DNA from: Octopus bimaculoides
Lineage: Eukaryota
Direction of reading: 5' to 3'
Assembly: GCF_001194135.2 (NCBI RefSeq)
Contig: NC_068986.1
Coordinates: 97,384,385 to 97,448,384 of the forward strand
Length of the DNA: 64,000 bases
Shown in pieces: positions 39,500 through 52,008 of this stretch. A program made the translations under genes and the position numbers. Numbering within the stretch: the first letter of the stretch is position 1; the number at the start of each line of letters is the position of its first letter. Below the pieces are notes generated by a model. It was not told the origin of the DNA. It made no database searches and was given only the letters and a program-made list of their open reading frames with translations.

Positions 39500-40740
39500 C
39501 TGAAAACTGACTGCAGTCATTCATAGCCCCAAAACCAGAAAAATCATCAGGGTCGACAGTACTGTCCGAAGTGTCACTATCTTCAAACAGAATGTCATCG
39601 TCTGTGCCATTACTGATGCTACATTTTAAAAAGATTTTACTACTACTTCAATTTCCACAGCGCTTCATGATTTCAAGACCCACTCGCACACCTGAGCAAT
39701 TGTTGACCTTTTCATATGACCTGTTGGTGTTAGGCCATGGTAAAAGGCTCTCATCTACCGATTCCACTCTTCTTTCATAAATGTCATTAAAGACTTGTCG
39801 ATTGATACGTCAAGTGGTTCTAATTGGCTTGTTAAATCTCCAGGCATTACCGCCATTTCCGTTTTCAATTTCTGCACCCTTTCTTTAATAATTTTTGTTT
39901 TGTGGGCACAAAACTGGTCCCACACAAGAAGGGATGGTTTTTTAAAGTGGTCACCAGAACGCTTTGACCAGACCTTATCTGGCCATAGCTCCACTCCTCC
40001 TTCATCCGTCTGCCCCTTTGGGTGGACGTGAACAAAACTTACACGTGGAATTTTGTCCTTTGGTAAACTTTTCCTCTAGAAAACAGGCAGCGGTGGCAGT
40101 TTTGTTCCATCAGCACAAGATACTACCGCAGTACAATGCATTTTCTCATATCCAGATGTCTTTACACTTACGGTTTAGGACCCTTTAACACCCATTGTTC
40201 TATTTAATACGACATCAAACGTTAGTGACACCTTAGGCACGTTTCCGATCTGACTCAGTCCGTAGTCAGTCTCTTTTCTTGCACTGATTAGGAACCTGTG
40301 AGATTCGATTATTTTGTTATTTACTTTTGTGCTATTCTTGTTTTCCATCTCATTGCCAGTTCGTACCACTTCATAAATCAGTCACACCAGCTTGAAGTAC
40401 CATGAAAATCATCCAGACTTTGTGCTGCTGCCCACACCTTTGATTCATTAATTATCATTTCTATCCTTAATGCAAGACCCGAATTTCTCCTGCAACTATC
40501 CACTCCTTCATCTCTTGCTCCAGTTCTGGCCACTTAGCTGCAGTCTGATGCCGGTTACGTTTCGGTCTTGATGCAGGCTTCAACATGTTTTCTTGTTTCT
40601 TCCATTAGCGGATCATTTTCTCAGTTGGGGGTTGTCTCTCTGCAACCCTGTTGCCATGCTGTTTGGTATATTTAATCACTTGTCGCTTGTAGCCGATTGT
40701 GTAAGAGTACCTTCTGCTTGGCTTGAGTTTGCCATAATAA
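39500..40740 (-). mobile_element. Decayed pogo-family (POGK-like) DNA transposase: Brinker-type DBD, CENP-B HTH and DDE_1
   Basis: RRYSYTIGYKRQVIKY..EKMIR*WKKQE; KWPELEQEMKEWI; LLVWDQFCAH..VMPGDLTSQLEPLDVSIDK (39755-39994). TIRs not identified. Confidence 0.88.
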
Positions 40741-41209
40741 TGGTTGTGCTAAAAATTTGAAGTAAAATCTTCTGAAGTTGGGAATCACGTCAGCAAGTCA
40801 AAGTTTGAACTGGTTAAGACCATGGCTTTCAGAGATCAGAGAGGAAGCCTATGTTGCTGTCTGAACGCAACACGTTTCCTCACAGAGAGTGACTAAGTGA
40901 TGATTGAATGCAACACGTTTCATCACAGAAACTAAGTAATTACGATAGCATTGTTATAAATATTTGCTTGAAAACCCTTTTAGTATACCGCTGTTTTACT
41001 TGTTTCGGCACTTAATAATGTTTCCTTAAAGTCAGCTTGTTTGAAGAGAGTGATAATATCGGCAATATAAATACACATGTAAAATATCACTCGTACGTTG
41101 CCTCGTCTAACATACACTACCCATATGGAAATGAATTTTTGTGATTGCGTATATTTAAGAAAAATAAATTATGATAATTTTGTTTATTTAATTATGATAA
41201 TTTTTGTTT

Positions 41210-41518
41210 ATTGAACTGCAGCTGGTTGTTTGTTTCATTGGATATTTGCTATATAAAGTGTTTTGTGTTTGGATTGTTTTGTTTAAATTATATTATTGAA
41301 TTGATAGTGTCTTGCATAGCATGTAGGCTGTTCTTTGCAGGGCTATTTTTATGGATAATGTTTAGTATGGAAGGTCCAGGTTTAGCTTCTACGTTTTTGT
41401 TCATATGTTTTTTTATCGGGCCTAACGCTCCTATTATTACTGGCATTGTTTACACCTTCATAACCCACATCTTGAATACTTCGATTTCGAGGTTCTTGTA
41501 CTGTGACAATTTCTGTTA
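41210..41518 (-). mobile_element. Short decayed R4/Dong-like 3' end
   Basis: LSQYKNLEIEVFKMW..PVIIGALG..IALQRTAYMLCKTLSIQ*; (TAA)n at 41519-41626 on its 5' side. Confidence 0.85.
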
Positions 41519-41530
41519 TATTATTATTAA

Positions 41531-41626
<96 letters not shown>

Positions 41627-41627
<1 letters not shown>

Positions 41628-42600
41628 GACGCCGTACAGTATACAATATCGTGAGGTTGTAGATTGAAAATATTGTGTCTACCGGGGGTTTGTAGTGTTT
41701 GTCAAGTCACAACAAAGGACCTCAGACAGACAGTACTTTACGCAATATACGTGTAGTTCCTAGTAATGCCGACTTTTCCAATACATCAAAATTGTAGGGT
41801 ATCTCTAAGGTTTTCAGATGTTTTTTCCCCTCAGATTGGGTGGTATTGAACCCAATGCTTCGATAACAACAGGAATAACTTGTATGCTCGACTCTCGTAG
41901 CTACCACGTTTTAGCAATCTCAGTTCTCAGGTCTCCATATTTATCAACTTTTTCTCTCTCTTTCATGAATATATGTCTGGAAATCAAAGTTCCAGGAGAT
42001 TTTTACCTTCCCCTTTTCGTCTATTACATTTTCTGGTGTATGTTGGTACCAAGCACCCGTGACCTCATATCCATACTTACGGCGTAGTCGTCAGTGGAGG
42101 TTTTGGGCTACATTATCGTGTCTACACTTGTACTCTTTCTGCGCAAGACTTTCACAAGCACAAACAATGTGAGTCACACATTCGACCCTCTTCCCACACA
42201 TTCTGCAGAGGTCCTGTGCACTAGTGTGGTATATATTCTTTTTAACTGAGTTGGTATTCAGTGCCTGGTCCCAGGCTTTCAGTATTCTTTTTTAGGTCAC
42301 TCTCCTTGAAACAGCCCATGATGCTTCCTGGTCTTTAATTTGTTGCTTTCACGGTGGAATTGGCCATGTAATTCCATACAGAGTAGGGTTTCTTCTCTCT
42401 CGTTGGATGTTCTTGTTCGGAATTCATGAGCAAGCAGCTGCAGTATGTTGGATTAATAGATATGTTAGAGCTTTGAACAAAATAAAGAGCGTTATTTATT
42501 CTGGTTCTTTATATTCCGCAGAATCCAACTTTATATTTCCTCCTTTCGAGGTTAATAACAACATTTCTGTGGTCCAACAATCTCTACTTGTGATTATCAA
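41627..42600 (-). mobile_element. Decayed R4/Dong-like element with (TAA)n tail 41519-41626
   Basis: CGKRVECVTHIVCACESLAQKEYKCRHDNVAQ, WYQHTPENV, KSALLGTTRILRKVLSV*. 3' UTR similar to 30940-31000; 5' boundary uncertain. Confidence 0.85.
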
Positions 42601-43139
42601 CTCAGCCAGATTCTAGTGGCCACGGTAGGAAAGATCGAAGGCACGCATATAAGCAGTCTCACCTACAGAAGGCATTAAAACACTGAAGTGAAAGTCATTG
42701 CCTGCTGTTTCATTTTCAATTTCGAGAGACAATTCACTTATAACTATTGTAACGTCGGTATTATTGCTAAAGCCGTTGTTATCGTTATTATTATTTTTTT
42801 TTTTTGACGTCTTCATTGCTTTTAGGTTTTCATATTTATATTTAAGCATTAGGAAAATACAAAAGCATAAATTCTAAAGGAAGACAAAATACTTTTATCA
42901 ATCATTTCTACCCTACATTTTTATATTTTTGTCATGCTGCTTTCGTTGTTTATTTAAGCAAATTTAATTTTGAATTAACTCGAAATGAATATACAGTAAT
43001 CATACAGTAATCGCATTACAGTTGCACCTGTTATGTGTTATAATATTATAATCTTACAGAAGAAACAACATATGTTGTTGCTATTGATTTTATACGTAGG
43101 CACAAGTCCATGCATTTCTGAGATGGAGAATTTGTGAGT

Positions 43140-43230
43140 ATAAGTAAACCAATTCGCGGTTTACTCAACTGATTTTATTGAAGTCTGACGGATAGGCATC
43201 AACCGTAGTGAATCTCGGCAGAATTTGAGC
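43140..43230 (-). mobile_element. SINE core fragment
   Basis: Reverse strand GCTCAAATTCTGCCGAGATTCAC.. (B-box-like plus core). Confidence 0.4.
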
Positions 43231-44329
43231 GCTGTCAGTATCAATACTATTTTTTTTTCTAACTAACAGGAATATCTTAAACGAAAATAATTGACCGTCA
43301 CCGAAAAACATGAAAAATAAAAGTGAGACGAAATTGAACTTAAAATTGAATAAAATAAATTATTTATGTTTCTGGAGATAGGGGCAATAAATACCGCGAG
43401 TGTAAAAGTAATTTTAGAATTCAAAATTTTATGACTGATATGTTGTAACTGATGAAATATTAAAATTAAAAAAAATTAAATTAAAAATTAAGACAAGAAT
43501 GAATGGGTATTCTGTAAACAAGTAAAATTATACATGCAAAGACAAAGAAATACGCTCACTATGAGGAAGTGAGAGATGTAGGCATGGATAAAAGGAAAGC
43601 ACGTTGAAGGTAAAAAGAAAGATTGGGAAAACAAGGGAAGAGAGAAAAGCAATGAGAAAAAGAAAACGACGAGATAAAATACAAATGAGAGCAGGGAGTA
43701 GAGTTCAAAGATACTAACAGTTCCAACTAACAACTTTTATGAAATACGGAGAGAGAAAAGCATGAAAATGGTTTAAAGTTATAAGAACAGATGCAATAGA
43801 TAGAAAATTAAATAGGTGCGACGGAGGTAAAGACAAAAACACATACACACATACACACAGAAGCAGAAACAAGCCAAATGACATAAAACGGTCGAAGTTC
43901 ACTTTTGAAATATGGACAAAATATATATGCATAGGGACATATAAGAAGTCAACCAACTAAATTAGAAGAGTCATAATGTAGAAGCAATAATTTTAAAAGT
44001 GAGTCATAAAATATTGGGATAAACATTTGTGTAACGTTTATAATGATCAATAGAAATTCCCTTTTAAAGGTGAAAACCCCCCCCCAGAAATCGGGAAACA
44101 TTTATAAAATCTTTATAGATCAAGTGTTCACCTGCTATTTTTTCCGCATTGTACCACACTTATACGCTAGTACACGCATCTATTTATGTGTGTGTATGTG
44201 TGTGTTGCGTGTGTGTCGTGTGTGCTACAGTATGCGCGCACGTATGTATAAACTAGCTCCCATAATATATATATATCAAAGCGTGAGTATACAGTTGCTT
44301 AATATGAGTGAACTGTTCATTTCATTCCT

Positions 44330-44560
44330 GTATTTCTTTTTAGGATGGCTAAGTGGGTTAAAGGGATCTGCGAGTAAATTCCGAATTCATTGGAAGCTCT
44401 TTGGAAATTTATGAAATCTTTGAGTGAATGCTTAAGCAACAAGAATTTCATTGTCTTCATTGGTAATACTGGTCGTTCGACCACTTTTCTGTGCCTAGTC
44501 TTCTCAAATTTGCAATCCATTTCTGTGTTCTCTGTTTACTCGTAGTATTTGAAGCCACAT
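44330..44560 (-). mobile_element. Tc1/mariner-superfamily transposase N-terminal fragment (frameshifted)
   Basis: KW..KFEKT..KSGRTTSITNEDNEILVA*AFTQ resembles the HTH linker ..SGRP....EEN.E.V of Tc1/mariner transposases. Confidence 0.5.
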
Positions 44561-44708
44561 AATAAATATTTGAAATAAGGAATAATTATTTTATTTTAGA
44601 AATCATTACTTTAAAAAGAACATAGAATTCTGATCCTGAAAAAGAAATAGAGAAATGTAAAGAACATTCCACTCAAATTAATTAACTGTACACTTACTTT
44701 TGCTCACC

Positions 44709-44768
<60 letters not shown>

Positions 44769-46454
44769 TGCATGTATGTATGTATGTATGTATGTACGTA
44801 CGTACGTACGTGCGTATGTATATATAACACGTTTCATGATTGAAAAGCAAGTTGCTGAACCATTTTACCATATTTGATGCAGTATTTATATCCACATGTA
44901 ACGGACGTGTATGATTGCATGTTTGTTTCTGTCTATGTGTGTGTTTCTGTCTGTGAGTGTGTTTGTGTCTGTGTGTATGTTTCAATAGTTTTGGGTACAT
45001 CGATTCCATGAATCCACGCTTTTGACAAGTTATTTCGACATAGAAATAATTATTATTTTACTAGCTGCAAAAAAAAAAAGCATAACACGGCATGGTGTTT
45101 CCATTGCATAAAAATACAAACAATATTTAACATGAATTATAACGAGCATAAGGTCTTAATTTCCATCACTCGTCTGTTGAAGGACCCTGTCTAGGTCTTC
45201 CAATTTCGAATTGGAATTTATGTACAAAATGGTTTGATTTTCTATATTGCAATGTGTGAGAATGAATGCAAATTCACCACGCAAAAATAAAATAAAGACA
45301 AAAATGTATGTTTATATAAAAAGACCTACTAGATAAAAAAGACCTACTAAAAGGATATTTAGAATATCTTTCATAAGAATCACGTCTGTGATTATCAATA
45401 GATGAAAGTCTACGCAAAAAAATATTCAGTAGGAGAAAGAAAAATTATGCTTGGTTGTGTATGCATATAAGAACTGTCAAATTGCTAAAAGCCGCAAGAA
45501 ACTCTGAAATAAATTATGTAAATTGTAAAAATACATAACGTTAAACTAATTATAAACTGATTTAATGAAAAAAGCAGAAAGACACTGTTTATATAAATTT
45601 TGGATACTAGCCAATAGTGTAGGAAAAACAAAACCGATACCAGACACGAACGAGAAGTAAATCTAAAGGGAATAATATTAATCTGTATAAGAAACGTGAT
45701 TGCGGGAGCCTAAAAACAGTCATGTTTAGTATATAAAATATATAAATATTTGAATCTATTCAAAATAATAATAAAAAAAACAACGCAAAATGCAATAAAT
45801 CTATTGTATTAAGTAATAGCTAATTCCACTGTGTGCTATATAATATTCTATAAAAATGCGAATTCAAATAAATTCCAATTGACGTATTAATATTCATTAG
45901 AACAAAGCATTTTGAAAGTCCATTTAACCAGCTACTCGAAATAGACCAATGTAATGTTTCTTTCTTAACAGAATATTGAGTTATATTCATTTTAATGTTA
46001 AAAAATTATCATTTTTCTCCCCTTTCTCCTTAACATTCTCTTTCATCTACCCGTCTGCTAAAGGGGTACATGAAAGGAAATGTTACGGAGAGAGAAGAGA
46101 ATATATTAATCTGCTTTTACATCTTAATGCTACTTCAAATAAAATGGAAGTTCCTTTTACTGAAATATATAATGAAAGTAAAACCTTTCTATTCACCTCT
46201 CTCTCTTAATGTGACTTTTATTCTTGTCGTCTTATGTATAAATATTGAAAGGTGAAAATTTATTCACTAGCTGAAGAAAACAAAAGGTGACACGTGAAGC
46301 CCAGTCACCTTGAGCTTTAACTCTGTAATAAAGTTGACTCTATTCTCGTTACTGAATCAACTCATCGGTAAATTGATCGTTATTATTCTGAAATTATCTT
46401 TAAAATAATGACCTTAAAAATAATAATCTTTAAAATAATGACCTTTATGATGCT

Positions 46455-46660
46455 AATCCACTGGCTTGGCGGGCAGGACAACATTCCACCTGACCCCAGC
46501 ACCAGCTTGTCACAGGGCTGTCTATTTACAGCCGACTTGACTGGAGCAATATGAAATGAGGTGTTTTGTTCAAGAACACCGACGGAGCTGAAAGACGAAA
46601 CCACGATCTTGAGTTCTTCGACTATGATATATTCGATACTCGCTATCAAGTAACTCGAAT
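46455..46660 (-). mobile_element. Degenerate SINE
   Basis: GTGTTCTTGAACAAAACACCTCATTTCATATTGCTCCAGTCAAGTCGGCTGTAAAT core on the reverse strand, related to 27060-27320. Confidence 0.6.
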
Positions 46661-48678
46661 TTATGGATGTAAGTCTTCTGTGTTTGTGTCATTTAAAATT
46701 TAGCCCTCTGTATTCTTCGATTTTGAATTCTACTTCTTTCGACGTTACACACATAGTATTGTTAGTAAAGTGTTGTATGAGGTTGTGGTTGGAGTTCTCA
46801 CTTATGTCTATTGATCCTTCATTGGCTTTACACTAGGGTAGCAATTTTTGTGTTTATGTACACAGAGATTCCACCCACATATATACATAAATACATATAT
46901 ACACTCACATATATATATATCAACCGAAGTGTTCTTACTTTCTCAAGACGTTGGGATGTTATTTTAAGGTAAGTTTACCTTGTCTGTCTTGGCGAGCGAC
47001 AACGTAAGAGATTTTGATGCAGTCGTGATATATAATTCGGAAAGTCATCATAAAAAAGAAAGTTTCATATATTGCACTAGAATAGGTAGTAAATCAATTA
47101 ACTTTTAACCTCAAGTTCGAGATATAAACACTAACGTAAATAAATAGGAATGAAACCATACAAATTCTTATTTAAGAATAAGCGTCTATGATAAAATGGT
47201 TTAAGTAGATAATAGGTAAGTTAAAGGAAATGAAATTATAAAAGTACTATGCAAATAACGATGACTAATATTTAAAATCAAATTTAGCAATAGAAGTATA
47301 AGTGTATGATTGTGCATATAAGAGCATACATAGCCATGTTGTTAAGAAATTCGGTTTGGTATATCGGAACAATGCTGAAAATAATCAGGTGGGCTAATGA
47401 CACAGCTAAATAATCTGTAGAACGAGTTTATCTACAGTTTGGAACTTCCTTCATAATACTAGGGAGATTGAAAAAGATTATATCGAAAATTTTCCAGTTG
47501 TATTATGGTAGGCTATGCGTAATCTTGGAAATGATATTTTGCATTGTACCCTACATTTTCATGGTGAAAATGGATGCTATTAATTCATATTATATTGTAC
47601 AATTTATATTGTACAATGACCATTGTATATATAATTTATTGAATTGCTAAACACATAGCGCTGTTTTCTTTCTGGGTAAAAGAATTAAAGAAAAGATCGT
47701 TTTAATAGAAATTGCGTCGATATAATCTTTATATATATTTTCGAAAATGTATCTGTAAAATTGCTCGAAAATGATATGTATTATTCAGAAAATTATGAGC
47801 AAAGAAATTGGATGGCGCATCAAACTGTAGTTATTCTGTGGAGCTGCCAAACGCGAGATTGGCTTGTCCTGTCAGCGTGGCGTGTACTCATCTGTAATAC
47901 GAGCTTAAAAGCTATCTCACAATTCCAATTCGACATTTGCAGATCTGTTGGAAGTGACCGTTCGAGGATAAAAATTATTTCTCTCCATACTTTCCCACGA
48001 TAGTCTTGAAGGTCCAGGAAAATATTGTTGAAATCTTATCAATTCTCCTTCATAGAAAATGGGGTAAAGTTGAATTATCTTATGATATTGATCAATTTTT
48101 CTAAAACATAAGTTATTTGCTTTAGTTTATTAGACAAGGTCTATACCGGCGAACCCATCCTGGGTGATATACTCAAAAATCTCGTTTTTCCATTCGACAC
48201 AGACTAATTGCACACATATATATATGATTCATAAGGAGAACAATGAAAATAGAAGCAGATAAAGCTATAAATAATAGCATATAAATATTGGGTTAAAACA
48301 ATAACTTTCGTCGTAGAAAATTTCGAAGGTTACCCCTGGGATTCGGACCAATATTTTCATAAGCATCCCCACCACACACAAGTGTGTGCGCGTATCTATC
48401 AGTTTTACTAATGAAAAGAAGTCAGTTGAATACATGGAACTATGCTAAAAGACATGTTAAGTGCTGCAAAGTAAGATCGAATGCAGATGTTATGAATAAA
48501 AGCTATTAACCCTACCACAACCTGCGCACTTATACAATCAGGTTCAAATGTTAAAGCGTGCAATGTATTGAGCAATCTAATGGAACAGCCAATACCATGG
48601 ACCTGTGTATCGTTTCGATTTCCACAATTTTATTCAGAAAGATATTGCTGATTAAACTACGTCTGCTGTCAATAAACA

Positions 48679-49095
48679 GGCCAAATAAGGCGGCGAACTG
48701 GCACGGCGGAAAAAATGCTAGCTGCGTTTCTTCCCACCTAACGTTCTAAGTTTAAATGCTACAATGGTTGGCTTTGCCTTTTATCCTTTCGAAGTCAATA
48801 AAATAAGTATCAGATGAACACCTCATCACCCGAAATTGCTGGCCTTGTACCAAAATTTGAAACCAATACTCCGGCCAAATAATACGGTGAGCAGGCAGAA
48901 TCGCTAACACTCCGGGCATTTCATCCCTCTTTACGTTCCGCCTTCAAATTACGCCTTGGTCAACTTGGCCATGTATCCATTCACGATGAAGAAAATAAGT
49001 ACGAATTAAGCATAGGGTTGATGTAACCGATTTAGCTCCACCCTCAAACTGTTGACCTTGTACCAAAATTTGGAACCAATATAGAGGCCAAATAA
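48679..49095 (+). mobile_element. Tandem pair of tRNA-derived SINEs (48689-48867 and about 48883-49080), punctuated by GGCCAAATAA
   Basis: Both units end CCTTGTACCAAAATTTG(G)AA(A)CCAAT; GGCCAAATAA at 48679, 48873 and 49086. Confidence 0.8.
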
Positions 49096-49591
49096 AGACA
49101 TGCCGTGAAATTGAACACAAAGTTTTATAGTTGCAAGAAGTTCTTCACCAGTGAACCATATATACGACTACTTTACTGCGTAGCCAATCCTGTATGTTTA
49201 ATATTTAATAATTTCTAGCAGATAATTATAGTGTTTCAGTTTTGTTTATCTCTATTAACCGACATATTCCCCGCTATTAATCACTCTTTGCAATTTGTGA
49301 AATTTTCTCACAGGTATTAATCGGTTGTACAAGATTTTATAGACATTATGATAAGAACGCTTATGCCATTTATACGAAGACGAATTTATACACAAACAAT
49401 AAATTGACTCTAATCATTCCTCTCTTTTGTTTGGCTTAAGCTTAAGACCATATTAATGTGTGAATTTACATTTACATAGATATCAATGAATGTTTCTATG
49501 AGTCTGCCTAACGAACTTGCAGAGCTTAAGTGATGTGTACCACCACTACTACTTGCCACCATACATGCGCGCGCTCAAATACATATAGACA

Positions 49592-49663
<72 letters not shown>

Positions 49664-49852
49664 CATACACATATATGTATGTATAAATATAGTGCATATG
49701 CTAACGATGGCAAAGACATTTAAGAATAGTGATCAAAAACTATGTTCAATGAGTGAGTTGTTTGATACAAAATTCAATACTTTTTAGAAAGTGCTTCGCA
49801 TTGTATAGAATCATACACACTAACACACACACATACACACACGCACACATTA

Positions 49853-50242
49853 TGTGCGTCATCCCATAAATAATGCGGTTTTTTCAATTGCGTGAACCAA
49901 AAATCGGAAGGGGGCGGGATAAACTACCTGAATCAACTTGCTATAGAAGCAGGTAGTAATTTTACCTTGTACTTATTCTTAGTGTACGTTTTGAAGAGTG
50001 CAGCTTGATTTTAACAGTTATTTTGTAAAGCTTTAATGGAAGTGACAAAGGAGCATATTCGGCTTATTTCGCTTTATGAGTTCAATAAAAGCAACAACGC
50101 AACGGAAGTGCGAGGAATATTAATGCAGCATGTGTATCGGACAATAAGCGTAGCGTAAGCTAGTGACAATGGTGGTTCCAGAAATTCCGAGCTGAAAGCT
50201 ACAGCCTAGAAGAGGAGCCTCGTCCTGGAAGGTCTGTAGAGC
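49853..50242 (+). mobile_element. Mariner (SETMAR/Hsmar-like) 5' end, 3'-truncated
   Basis: ATG 50036: MEVTKEHIRLISLYEFNKSNNATE..ARNIN..QWWFQKFRAESYSLEEEPRPGRSVEL; TIR-like start at about 49853. Confidence 0.88.
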
Positions 50243-50320
50243 TATAGAAATACGATATTATTTTAGCGTCGAAGAGGAACCATGAATTAAATAAGATAAA
50301 TTATTTATGTATTTGTTTGA
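50242..50320. repeat. 79-bp exact duplication of 53435-53513
   Basis: CTATAGAAATACG...TTTGTTTGA is identical at both loci; this copy runs into gap 50321-51129. Confidence 0.95.
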
Positions 50321-51129
50321 NNNNNNNNNNNNNNNNNNNNNNNNNNNNNNNNNNNNNNNNNNNNNNNNNNNNNNNNNNNNNNNNNNNNNNNNNNNNNNNN
50401 NNNNNNNNNNNNNNNNNNNNNNNNNNNNNNNNNNNNNNNNNNNNNNNNNNNNNNNNNNNNNNNNNNNNNNNNNNNNNNNNNNNNNNNNNNNNNNNNNNNN
50501 NNNNNNNNNNNNNNNNNNNNNNNNNNNNNNNNNNNNNNNNNNNNNNNNNNNNNNNNNNNNNNNNNNNNNNNNNNNNNNNNNNNNNNNNNNNNNNNNNNNN
50601 NNNNNNNNNNNNNNNNNNNNNNNNNNNNNNNNNNNNNNNNNNNNNNNNNNNNNNNNNNNNNNNNNNNNNNNNNNNNNNNNNNNNNNNNNNNNNNNNNNNN
50701 NNNNNNNNNNNNNNNNNNNNNNNNNNNNNNNNNNNNNNNNNNNNNNNNNNNNNNNNNNNNNNNNNNNNNNNNNNNNNNNNNNNNNNNNNNNNNNNNNNNN
50801 NNNNNNNNNNNNNNNNNNNNNNNNNNNNNNNNNNNNNNNNNNNNNNNNNNNNNNNNNNNNNNNNNNNNNNNNNNNNNNNNNNNNNNNNNNNNNNNNNNNN
50901 NNNNNNNNNNNNNNNNNNNNNNNNNNNNNNNNNNNNNNNNNNNNNNNNNNNNNNNNNNNNNNNNNNNNNNNNNNNNNNNNNNNNNNNNNNNNNNNNNNNN
51001 NNNNNNNNNNNNNNNNNNNNNNNNNNNNNNNNNNNNNNNNNNNNNNNNNNNNNNNNNNNNNNNNNNNNNNNNNNNNNNNNNNNNNNNNNNNNNNNNNNNN
51101 NNNNNNNNNNNNNNNNNNNNNNNNNNNNN

Positions 51130-52008
51130 GTATCCGGCCTGTTGATGTAGTAACAAAGCTAAAGCAGGCAGAGTGAAGCTGCTTGGCACAGATAAACCTC
51201 GAGCTCTGCTGTGCATGCGCATTAAATTTTAACGTTCTAGCTCACTTCCGCTGTTTACAGAAGTACTTGGAAGGAAGATATGTAGCGAGTAATCGCGGCG
51301 CTGACCACGACACAGAAAGTTGAGCAGAGAATCTGCATCAAATTTTGCCAAAAGCTTGGCAATACCTGCTCAGGGGCCTACGCAAAGTTTTCAAAAAGAA
51401 TTCATCATTCTCGACACAATCTAGGAGTTCTTGTGCAACTGAAATCCCAGCGTTGTTTTGGTCAGCTGAAAGCAGTTTTGGTACAAACTTAGCAGACACG
51501 CGTCTCATACTCAAATCTTAAGTGATAATGGACGGAAAGGAAGCGTAACTAGTCTGCACGTCCTCTGATAACTCACGGATAGTGATTCAATGATTTCCCC
51601 TAACAGCTGCACGCACATCTGCGATGTTTTTCTCAGTTCTTCTGGTTGCGGATTTCCTAGAACGTTGGTCACTATCGACATTTTTCGTCCGTCTTGTAAA
51701 CGTCTGAACCACTCGTATACCTGTGTGCGGCTCATACACACCTCTCCATACATTTTGTGCAACGTTGCGTAGGCCTTTGAGGAGGTATCGCTATGATTAT
51801 TTTCTCTGGCATGGTCAATGTGACGATCACATGCTACACACCTTGATTCCATGCACTGCTGTAAAGAGTGGAAGTGAGTTAGACCGTTAAAACATATTGC
51901 GCATGTACAGCAGAAGTCGAGATCAACATGTACCAAACGGCTTCAATCTGCATACTTTAGCTTCGTTACTATAACAACAGTCCGGACACTTATTCATCTG
52001 ACCTTATG
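51130..52008. mobile_element. Mariner-derived foldback: two 5' ends head-to-head (+ 51130-51385; - 52008-51386)
   Basis: Left: EQRICIKFCQKLGNTCSGAYAK. Right: KAYATLHKMYGEVCMSRTQVYEWFRR..RRVSAKFVPKLLSADQ..AQELLDCVENDEFFLK. Outer 130 bp about 80% identical as inverted repeats (manual count). Confidence 0.85.
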
